From Octopus vulgaris (Eukaryota), in the NCBI GenBank assembly GCA_951406725.2, contig OX597822.1, positions 95,790,001 to 95,854,000 on the forward strand: a DNA stretch of 64,000 nucleotides, given 5' to 3'. The position numbers were made by a program, and so were the translations under genes. This document shows, piece by piece, positions 53,626 through 64,000 of this stretch; positions within the stretch are counted from its first letter, which is position 1; each line of letters starts with the position of its first letter. Under the pieces are notes generated by a model, which was not told the origin of the DNA, made no database searches, and worked only from the letters and a program-made list of their open reading frames with translations.

Positions 53626-54377
53626 TAGTATTACTTAAACTTTCCTCGAATGAGGCTTTTACATGCCAAAATCTACTTGGTGAAATTAATGATTATTCCA
53701 AATTAATTAATTTCACCCTATATTATTACTGATATATATATACATATATATATAGTGTAAAGGAGCGTGGGCTAGTGGTTAGGTTGTTGAGCTTACGTGT
53801 GTTCCATTCATGGCAGAGCGATGAGTCATTGGGCGAGACACTTCATTTCAAGTTTTTCCACTTCATTCAGCTAGCAAAAGTGAGTTGTATCTCTAATTCA
53901 ACGGACCTGCCCTTTCGCATTCTGAGTCATGCTGAGAACTACGCTAAAGATATGCATGTTCGTAGAGTACTCCACAACTTCCACGTTAATTTCGCAAGCA
54001 GGCTTTTCGGGTGATCGTGTCAACTGAAATATTCGTCGACGTAACCGTCTTATTACCAGTATATGTATATACAGAAATACCTCACTTTACGAGAACTAGC
54101 TTTAAGAGTTTTTTTATTTATTTTTCAAGCACAAAATCCAAATTTTGAACAAAGTGGAAAAGTTTCTATCACCATAAATGCTTCTGCGTGTAACCGAGAA
54201 ATTTATAGAGAGCGAAAAATGCTTCTTCTAAGAAAACAATTCTAGACTTCTTTTCAAAAAGTAATCTACAAGTCCGTCTACGAGGGCTTGTGAATCGGCG
54301 ATCGCGTCAACAAGTGATGGTGTGCGCGAGTCTAGTGTGAGTGAAAGTGGTTCAGAAAACGATTACAATAATAACAA

Positions 54378-54408
<31 letters not shown>

Positions 54409-54442
54409 AATAACAATAATAACAATAATAATAAAAAAAAAA

Positions 54443-54491
<49 letters not shown>

Positions 54492-54493
<2 letters not shown>

Positions 54494-54778
54494 CAGGCAG
54501 TGGCTCTCATGGTTTCTGATCTTAACTGATTGGAAGTGTTATCATGTACATTGTTTTGTCTTGGTATAAAAGATGGGCTACAACAAATATTCTGCTCAAT
54601 ACCACAGATTTGCTTGTCAGTTGCTTGACTTTAACCAAGATCACCATGTCGTGCACATATGGTTGTGATGCATGTGCCTGGTGTACCCTTATCAGACGGG
54701 TAGTCATGATGGGTATATTGGGCTTCGTATATTTTACCCCGGTGTCACTTTGATGGCATGAACTGCTCTCTCACTCAA
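54492..54778 (+). mobile_element. Element embedded in (TAA)n, possibly Dong/R4-related non-autonomous
   Basis: Unique ~285 bp with (TAA)n on both sides and no ORF. Confidence 0.4.
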
Positions 54779-54987
54779 TAATAATAATAATATTTTTATC
54801 ATAAACAAATTTGACATTCTCTTTACTTTCTACTGTTGTTTTATTGCCATATATTTACGAGTATTATGAATTTTATAGGTAATACATTTCTGGGAACGAA
54901 TTGTGATTGATAACTTTGCAACTATGGAAAATTATTGCTCTACTTCACGAGCGGACACCGGGATCAAGTTAACTCGTATATTGTGTC

Positions 54988-55048
<61 letters not shown>

Positions 55049-55356
55049 TGTGTATACATACATTCTTATATACATATATATATATATATTTATATATATA
55101 CACACACACACACATAAATATATATATATATGAGAAAGCTTTAGTTTGGTGGGGAGCGGGGTCCAAAAAGTTAGATTTCTAATAAAGATTCTTCCTATCA
55201 AAGGAGTAGCTTGCTATTGCAAGTATTTAAAATATGAAAATATTACAAGTAAAAAAATGTGTTATGAGCATTTATAGGATATAATCCTATATAAACTCCA
55301 CTAGTAGTTAAAACATGGAGAAGAGGTGTGAAAAGTTTTTATAAAGTTTTTATCCA

Positions 55357-55868
55357 TGCATACGATCGTTTCAAATGATAATACCAATACATAAGAAACA
55401 GTGGAGGCGCAATGGACCAGCGGTTAGGGCAGCAGACTCGCGGTCATAGGATCGCGGTTTCGATTCCCAGACCGGGCGTTGTGAGTGTTTATTGAGCGAA
55501 AACACCTAAAGCTCCACAAGGCTCCGGCAGGAGATGGTGGTGATCCCTGCTGTACTCTTTCACCACAACTTTCTCTCACTCTTACTTCCTGTTTCTGTTG
55601 TACCTATATTTCAAAGGGCCGGCCTTGTCACTCTCTGTGTCACGCTGATTATCCCCGAGAACTACGTTAAGGGTGCACGTGTCTGTGGAGTGCTCAGCCA
55701 CTTACACGTTAATTTCACGAGCAGGCTGTTCTGTTGATTCGGATCAACCGGAACCCTCGTCGTCGTAACCGACGGATTGCTTCCACACATAAGAAACATG
55801 GAAAAATTAAATTGATTATAATAATAATAAAATTAATTTAATTACGTATTACCATTCTCCTCAGTGCA
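55357..55868 (-). ncRNA. Hammerhead ribozyme split by a SINE C insertion
   Basis: Minus strand reads TGCA-CTGAGGA-GAATGGTAATAC...[SINE]...GTATTATCATTT-GAAA-CGATCG-TA-TGCA. Confidence 0.7.
55401..55786 (+). mobile_element. SINE family C, full length, 12-bp TSD
   Basis: TSD ACATAAGAAACA at 55389-55400 and 55787-55798. Confidence 0.92.
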
Positions 55869-56068
55869 AAAGATGAAGAAAATATAAAAAAATGTATTAA
55901 CAAAAGTATATTACAATGAAACTACACAGAGCTTGTATCGGATAAACTCGATAGGATATCCATAAAAAGATTGTGAAAGAGGTAAAAAGAGATATAGGAA
56001 CATGTTTATATAGTGTTGAGTCTATACTTGTAAGAAGAACTGTTTTTGCCAACATATTTTTAAATATA

Positions 56069-56468
56069 GGCGCAGGAGTGGCTGTGTGGTAAGTAGCTTG
56101 CTAACCAACCACATGGTTCCGGGTTCAGTCCCACTGCGTGGCATCTTGGGCAAGTGTCTTCTGCTATAGCCCCGGGCCGACCAAAGCCTTGTGAGTGGAT
56201 TTGGTAGACGGAAACTGAAAGAAGCCTGTCGTATATATGTATATATATATATATGTATGTGTGTGTTTGTGTGTCTGTGTTTGTCCCCCTAGCATTGCTT
56301 GACAACCAATGCTGGTGTGTTTACGTCCCCGTCACTTAGCAGTTCGGCAAAAGAGACCGATAGAATAAGTACTGGGCTTACAAAGAATAAGTCCCGGGGT
56401 CGATTTGCTCGACTAAAGGTGGTGCTCCAGCATGGCCACAGTCAAATGACTGAAACAAGTAAAAGAGT
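56069..56468 (+). mobile_element. SINE family A, full length
   Basis: Near identical to 267-668. Confidence 0.9.
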
Positions 56469-58025
56469 ATAAGTAGGAAAGATCGCAGACAAACAAAAAC
56501 ATATAACAAAATTGCATACACGCATCTAACACACATAAATGCACGCGCCCGCACATAAAAGTTTATACACCTACACGTATATACATCTGAATACAAATAA
56601 ATAATAATTAGCGTCTAGTTGGGTATGATAGCGATATTTAAATTTAGTGTGTATTGACTGTTATGGGTGGTGTGCAATGAAAAATGGTGAAAAAATTAAA
56701 AACAGAAATAGTTTAGGTAGATTGGTATGGGTTTAGGGGTTTAGGTAGTTTTGTGTGATTTAAAATGAATTACTAGAAAGTTGAAGGGTAGGAAAAATAT
56801 AATTGGGGTAAATATCATAGTGACAGGATAGTATTATATTATATTATATAATAGGATAGTATTGTATTTGCTTGTAAGAGAAAGAAGTATAGTTGTTAAC
56901 ATTAAGAATTGAGAGAGGAAAAAATAAAAGTACATGCTACCGTTAAAAAAATTGTTGATAAATAATTCGTAATAACAGGGATGTTTTTAAAAATTATTTA
57001 TGGGTCACAGAGTTATAGTGAATATATACACAGAAAGAGAAAAGATGACAAACACAGATTTTTTTACTCGATTAAGTAGTATATTAGAGTCATAATAATG
57101 AAGATATTATACATTTTCCCATTTTATCAACTTGCTTTCTGGACCTCAACACAAGTAAGACTGAATAAAGAAACCTCATTTATCCCAAAATATAAACCAG
57201 AATTAAATAGGAACCCAAATTAAAAATAAAAGACTTACCTCTTCTATTGTGTGATATAAGCCAGAATAAAATACAGACCAAAATTTAAAAAATATTACAG
57301 AGTGAACAATGATCTCCCCTAGCAATATGTCAATTTTCAACCCTTAACTCGATGGGCAATGCGAAACCGATTCTTACTTCAATTATGCTAAAAGATCAAA
57401 ATCATATTTTGTACAAAATTGTATAATATTTTATTATTATGACTCTAATATACTCCTTAATCCTGTAAATCAAATCTTCTGCATTTTTTCATACGTTCTT
57501 TTTCTGTAAATATCCAAACACGTGTGTTCCCCGATTAAAATAGTTTCTACCTTATATATATATATAAAACAATACTGGGAGGAAGAGAAATGGAACGAAG
57601 CGACGAATCGAATCGAACCTGACGCGAACGCGCTGTCAGACAATAATGTAATAAATAAAATATATGCATACATACAAACATATATGTACGTACCTACATC
57701 TACATGTATATATACATGCATATACAAATATATATACGTGAATACAGGACACCACAACTAGACGTATAACTCAACGAAAAACGAAAACGGAAAAGCCATT
57801 TTTTTTTACAACAAAAAAACAGAGACGTGGAACTCAACGAGAAACGAAAACGGGAAAAACATTATTTTTTACAACAGAAAAACAAGGTACAGGACATACT
57901 ACACAAGGAAAATCCCCAATCATCAGCTGTCCCTAGCAGACTCAAGCGTGTTTCGAAGGCAAGACAGGACACGACTCGTCAACTAATGCTTCCTGCGAGA
58001 GAATTAAAATAAAATTGCCTCGCAG

Positions 58026-58082
<57 letters not shown>

Positions 58083-58136
58083 GAGAAGTGTCTTCCCACA
58101 GAAGCCCATTGCATATGCGTGTGTTTGTGTGTGTGT

Positions 58137-58174
<38 letters not shown>

Positions 58175-58249
58175 TTATATCAAAACTTCTCATGTGACGC
58201 CCTAACAATCCTACCTGTCCTGGAGCGCTAGTTTACTTAACACTTCCTC

Positions 58250-58545
58250 TGAAAGAATGAAAAGGCAAAGTTGACTTTTCAGGATTGAAAAGGGACCTCA
58301 AAGAGACGAAGGAAAATAACGCAAGGTATTCTATCTAACGCTGTTGCAACTCTGTCAATTTACGAGCTGGATCGTTAGCGCATTGGAATAAATGCTTAGT
58401 GACATTTCATCCGAGTTTGCGTACTGAATACGAATCCCGCCGAAGTCGACTTCGCATTTCAATCTTTCGGGGTCGATAAAATAAGTACCATTTCAATACC
58501 GGGGTCAATGAAATTCCCCAAAATTTCAGGCTTATGTCAAAAGTA
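58250..58545. mobile_element. Two old SINE B copies, head to head
   Basis: A minus copy at 58250-58360 and a plus copy at 58365-58545 with the old tail. Confidence 0.6.
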
Positions 58546-58607
58546 ATTTAGTGTATCTTCACTTCTCTCTCCCCTTTCGCTTTCCCTCTGTGTTTTTTCT
58601 ATCTGTC

Positions 58608-58666
<59 letters not shown>

Positions 58667-58869
58667 TTGTCATTCTCTTTCTTTTGCAATTTGGAATGAT
58701 TATCCAAAATATCTTATGGTCTGAAGACTTACTCAAGGAAGTAAGTCTTCAGTTCTGCAAATATTATGACTGAGTTTATACTGAATGAGAGGGAAAGCGG
58801 TAGTGGGAAGGAGAAAGAGAGAGAGAAACAAAAAACAGGTGATGGTGAGACGAAAAATGAAGTCAATTA

Positions 58870-58924
<55 letters not shown>

Positions 58925-58947
58925 GGTAGCAGCAGTAGCAGTATTAA

Positions 58948-59178
58948 GGCGGCGAGCTGGCAGAAACGTTAGCACGCCGGGCGAAATGCTTAGCGGTATT
59001 TCGTCTGCCGGTACGTTCTGAGTTCAAATTCTGCCGAGGTCGACTTTGCCTTTCATCCTTTCGGGGTCGATTAAATAAGTACCAGTTTCGCACTGGGGTC
59101 GATGTAATCGACTTAATACCTATGTCTGTCCTTGTTTGTACCCTCTGTGTTTAGCCCCTTGTGGGTAATAAAGAAATA
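58948..59178 (+). mobile_element. SINE family B monomer in (GTA)n
   Basis: Full head and Tx1-like tail. Apparent TSD AGCAGTAGCAGTA. Confidence 0.9.
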
Positions 59179-59199
59179 GTTAGCAGTAGCAGTAGTAGC

Positions 59200-59258
<59 letters not shown>

Positions 59259-59518
59259 CTGAAGAGCAGTAAAGAAGAGTAGACGAAGGGCAGTAAAGAA
59301 GAGTAGACGAAGAAAAGACGAAGAATGAGGAAGAAGGGCGACAGGCAATGGAAATGAGGAGAATGAAGGAAAGGAATAGAAGGGAGCAGATATGGAGACG
59401 AACAGAAATTTAGGTTTAAAATGTTATATGGAAGTGTTTGTCTGGGTAGTTTGAAAATCTTTATAGAATATTTCCGAATACGATTTAGATATTATTTAAA
59501 TCAGTGGCCATTTACGTT

Positions 59519-59930
59519 AAGCAATATTCTCATAATTCAATCTCAACTAAATTTTACATATAAATATGTATGTGCGTGTATGTGTAAATGTGTTTCAGAC
59601 AAAAGAAGTGTACCTGGTATAAAGTATTTCATTTCTAAAAAGAATAGGGCATTAGCTCTTCTAAACAGCCAGTGATTGCAACAGTGTCCCTTTGGCATAT
59701 GCCACCTCCTTTGCAAGCTCACATCATCCCCAAGGCTTGCAAAGGAGGTGGCATATGCCAAAGGGCCACTGTTGCAATTACTTGCTGTTTAGAGGAGCTT
59801 ATGCCATATTCTTTTTAGAAATGAAATACTTTATACCAGGTACACTTCTTTTGTCTAAAACACATTTACACACACACGCACATATTTACATGTAAAATTT
59901 AGTTGAGATTGAATTATGAAAATATTGCTT
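59519..59930. repeat. Long foldback, ~200-bp arms, 16-nt loop
   Basis: AAGCAATATT...TTTGCAAGC / GCTTGCAAA...AATATTGCTT. Confidence 0.92.
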
Positions 59931-60319
59931 TATCAGTGATCAGAGATATGTCTGATGATACTCCAAGGTCCAATATGGTGATAATGACTTTGACGATGAA
60001 GATTCGGTTGTTCAAAGAGTACAATTACCTGCTCCTAATTTAAGCGCGTGAGTGACTGATCATGGACCTTTAACGTAATTCTCAAACATTACCAGCATAA
60101 CGTAGTATATGTGACAAGGGTTTGTATCTTTGAATTACATCTACAATCCACCAGAGCAGTTTCTGTCGCCCCAATTTCAAGCACAAGCGACGTCTCAACA
60201 TTTGTCTAAGATGTCATGCAGTGGAATCGAACCCGAGAACTCGTAGCTGAAAAGAAAACTTGTTAAACATTCGGCCATACAGCGCTTATGGTAGAATATG
60301 TTTCATCCTATTTGCATAA

Positions 60320-60520
60320 AGGCGGCGATCTGACAGATCGCTAGCATACTGAACAAAAAGCTTAGCGACATTTCATACGTCTTCGCGTTCTGAGTTCAAA
60401 TTCCACCGAGGTCTACTTTGCCTTTCAATCTTTCGGGGTCGATAAAATACGTACCAGTCAAACACTGGGATCGAATAGTCCCCGACAAATATCTGGTCTT
60501 GTGCCTATAGCACAAAGTAT
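60320..60520 (+). mobile_element. SINE family B, old tail variant
   Basis: Tail ...CTGGTCTTGTGCCTATAG. Confidence 0.75.
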
Positions 60521-61248
60521 TATATAAGACCTCACCTTCATTGATAGTTTCCTTAATATTTGGTATAGTTGTTCCCTAAAAAAGAAAAACAAAAGGGTAT
60601 GGGCTGCGTATGAATGTATAAGAAATATGGGTACTAAATCCCTGCACAAAAGTAAGTAGCTTCTGTTTCATTCAAGTAGTCTGATATGCTTTCACAAGGT
60701 TGTACCTAATTACAAATAGTTAAGAACTATTGATATAAATAAATTCATGACTAGCTGTCAGTTGTACAATTTAATGTCTGGACTTCCGAAAAGTGTTTCT
60801 TTTTAGGCAACGTTTTAAATATTTTCTATATGGATGGTCAAAGATTAATAGCAGCAATTTAATTTTAATTAAGAATTTTATATTTTTAAATCAACACAAA
60901 TTCAGTATTTGATATTTCTATTTTAACTTCATAAATAACTTTGTAACTACGAATATCGATCTGGGCAGCGATGTACTTCAGTGAGCAGATATAAATTAAT
61001 TATAAACTAATAACACTCTCTTTTATTTTCTTATTGAATATTAATTAAATCACAAATAGAAATATCGATAGCCTTAATTGAAGATGATTAAATGACATAA
61101 ATTAATCTTTGACTGCTTATATAGAATATATTAAAAACTTTGACTGAAAATATACACCAAAAATGTCGACACTTCGTAAGGCCAGACGCTGTATAAAAGA
61201 TCTGAAAGTCGTGGCTTGTACTTATTTATGCAGGCAATAGGTGAAAAC

Positions 61249-61341
61249 GTGGAGGCGCAATGGCCCAGTGGTTAGAGCAGCGGACTTGCGGTTGGAGGAT
61301 CGCGGTTTCGATTTCCCTCATTTTAAATTTAGATAGATAGG

Positions 61342-61379
<38 letters not shown>

Positions 61380-61465
61380 TACAGAAAGAGATTTCCAGAC
61401 CGGGCGTTGTGTGTGTGTGTTTATTGAGCAAAAACACCTAAGGCTCCACGAGGCTCCGGCAGGAG
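61249..61465 (+). mobile_element. SINE family C 5' part with an ~80-bp insertion
   Basis: The head is interrupted at ~61314-61392 by a (GATA)n-containing segment also found at 61822-61927. Confidence 0.8.
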
Positions 61466-61473
61466 GGGGGGGG

Positions 61474-61671
61474 GGCGACCACTATGTGGACAACCTTTAT
61501 GCTAGAAGTAGATCCGCTATGGTCTTACTACTAAGAAATGTTCTCAAGAAAAATTTAGCAAACACCAGAACGTTTTGGTGTTTGCTATTTTTTTTCTTGA
61601 GAACATTTCTCAGTGGTAAGACCATAGCGGATCTACTTCTAGCATAATGGTTGTCCACGTAGTGGTCATCC
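61474..61671. repeat. ~195-bp palindrome followed by ~31-bp tandem repeats (61688-61815)
   Basis: GACCACTATGTGGACAACC...GGTTGTCCACGTAGTGGTC. ACAATTTATTGATACAATTTTAATATGCTAG occurs four times. Confidence 0.9.
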
Positions 61672-61848
61672 CTCTCATATGTATATGATACAATTTATTG
61701 ATACAATTTTAATATGCTAGACAATTTATTGATACAATTTTAATATGTTAGACAATTTATTGATACAATTTTAATATGCTAGACAAATTTATTGATACAA
61801 TTTTAATATGCTAGACCATTGCCCTCATTTTAAATTTAGATAGATAGG

Positions 61849-61914
<66 letters not shown>

Positions 61915-62397
61915 TACAGAAAGAGAGATACATACATGCATGCATTCATGATACATACATACATACATGCATACATACATACATACATACATACATACAT
62001 ACATACATACATACATACATACATACTACGTACATACATACATGCATAAACACACACACATATGACTATGTCCAGCCTCGTATCTGTAAGTCGAGGACCT
62101 TGGACTGAAATACTACTCGCCACACATGCTGCAGTGTCTTGATGCAGCCATATAGTCACCGAGTTTCTCCACCTCACAGCTCTTCGTGTTATAATTTCAT
62201 GTCTATCTTTGTCGCTAGTAAGTCCGTCTTCCGTCCAACCAGTCCATGAGGATGCAGTCACGGAGGTTCTGATCCTTAATAACATGGTGAAAAATATGGT
62301 ATAACTTTCGCCATATCATCAACATTGGTACCAGCTTTCGTTCCGTTCCAGTTTTCTTCGCTACTGGATCGTTCGTTATACTCGTCACTTAACTTAT

Positions 62398-62782
62398 GTG
62401 GAGGCGCAATGGCCCAGTGGTTAGGGCAGCGGACTCGCGGTCGTAGGATCGCGGTTTCGATTCCCAGACCGGGCGTTGTGAGTGTTTATTGAGCGAAAAC
62501 ACCTAAAGCTCCACGAGGCTCCGGCAGGGGATGGTGGTGATCCCTGCTGTACTCTTTCACCACAACTTTCTCTCACTCTTACTTCCTGTTTCTGTTGTAC
62601 CTGTATTTCAAAGGGCCGGCCTTGTCACTCTCTGTGTCACGCTGAATATCCCCGAGAACTACGTTAAGGGTACACGTGTCTGTGGAGTGCTCAGCCACTT
62701 ACACGTTAATTTCACGAGCAGGCTGTTCCGTTGATCGGATCAACCGGAACCCTCGTCGTCGTAACCGACGGAGTGCTTCCAC
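62398..62782 (+). mobile_element. SINE family C, full length, 12-bp TSD
   Basis: TSD CACTTAACTTAT at 62386-62397 and 62783-62794. A box TGGCCCAGTGG and B box GTTTCGATTCC. Confidence 0.93.
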
Positions 62783-63179
62783 CACTTAACTTATCCACAA
62801 TGCTCGCGTGTAGCATTTCGATTCAAACATTGGTATAACAATTAGAAAAGTTTTATTGGAAAGAATTAATAAAGATTTAGAAATGTTGCATGCACAAGAC
62901 AATTTCAAACCCTAGTGTGCAATGATGATGCATTCAGTGTTAATAATAGCTGACGGATATAATCGATTAAGATCAACCTTGAGCTCAAGTGATATTTATT
63001 TTATTGACACTGGATGAATGAAAAATTAAGTCGAGCTCAGTGGAATTTGAACTCAAAATGTAAAGACAGGTAATTAATTACCGTAATGCATTTTGACCGT
63101 CATTCTACTACCATTTCTGCTAATCTATCACCGATAGTGCTAAGAATACTCTGAAAAACAAATAAAGAATTATAATTTA

Positions 63180-63572
63180 CTAGCAGTATCGCCCGGCGTT
63201 GCTCGGGTTTGTAAGGGAAATAACTATATAAGCATTTTTAGAGATGTAAAGTATAATAGCCATCTCAATATGGCTAACCACAAAGAGGGGGTGTTACTGT
63301 AGCTTTTTACGTTCTGAGATTTAATAATACATTTTTAGAGAGTTACTTCCCTTATATAATAGCAAAAAAATGCATTAAAAAATGGGAAAAAATTATGGTA
63401 ATTTTTTTTCTAAATCGTAGACTCGTCGTAGACGCGTGCTAATACCCAGAAGGGCTCGATATGAATCACGACTATAAGATACCCGCTTTTGGTTACACTG
63501 CACCGCAAAATGTGGGAGTAGTTAGGAATCTAAATCGTAGGAGACAGACATACAACTTCACCTTTATATAGA
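63180..63572 (-). mobile_element. Non-autonomous Helitron
   Basis: Minus strand: 5' TCTATATAAA..., subterminal hairpin CCCGAGC-AAC-GCCGGG, 3' CTAG followed by T. Confidence 0.7.
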
Positions 63573-64000
63573 CAGCGAATGAATTTGTGTTAAATAAGAT
63601 ATTCGCTCATTAGTAATGCTATTATTATTTCCTCTCATGTTTAAATAACAATCATAAATCCAAAAATAGCTGTTTCTAGATGTTTTAGCGGTGAAAATGA
63701 AGATTATCTTAGAAAAATCTCAGTTTCACTGGACTGGAATATTATAGTATACTTAGAAATATATATCAAAATTATCTATGCTATGGGAAAGTGTGGTAGT
63801 TTTAATAAAGTAGCTATCGTGAGCGAATGAACAAGACTTCCTTTGGTTTACAAGTCTTTTTTATAGAAAGAGGCCGGAGTGTTTTGTGCAACTGTCCAAT
63901 TAGCCTAGTATTCTTCATGAGTTCGTGATTGGATTAAATTCATCGCAGCTTGAATACTTCCATCGCTACAGAGAAAATCCCACAACGTTAAGTGGTTGAG

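Noticed and set aside
57915-57985. Minus-strand GAAA...CTGATGA, possible type II hammerhead
   Set aside because: Stem II cannot be paired convincingly.
61688-61815. CRISPR-like 31-bp repeats
   Set aside because: There are no spacers, and this is a eukaryotic minisatellite.
62398-62475. tRNA gene-like sequences
   Set aside because: They are SINE heads followed by a SINE body and TSDs; no proper acceptor stem.

Overview
This is AT-rich, microsatellite-dense, repeat-dominated eukaryotic DNA with no recognisable host protein-coding exon. The repeat families look cephalopod (Octopus-like); that assignment comes from recognition, not a search. The window contains (i) a CR1-group LINE with an intact 979-aa APE-RT ORF2 and a tandem-CCCH ORF1, embedded in (TA)n; (ii) a young L1/Tx1-clade LINE on the minus strand, inserted with a 16-bp TSD into the tRNA-like head of a SINE and carrying a displaced 1-kb internal duplication; (iii) a decayed Tc1 element and several MITEs (mariner-, Merlin- and hAT-like); (iv) Helitron/Helentron-type non-autonomous elements and remnants of other LINEs; (v) many tRNA-derived SINEs of three main families, called A, B and C here; and (vi) several minimal type I hammerhead ribozymes in inverted-repeat remnants that look Penelope-like. 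The most notable finding is that the Tx1 3' end (24-25 nt identical motif, small hairpin, GAAATA end, no poly(A)) is shared with the young SINE-B tail. SINE-B also forms seamless head-to-tail arrays at an internal site resembling its genomic target. Together these suggest a stringent Tx1-SINE partnership with self-insertion. Coordinates were read by eye and may be off by a few bases.
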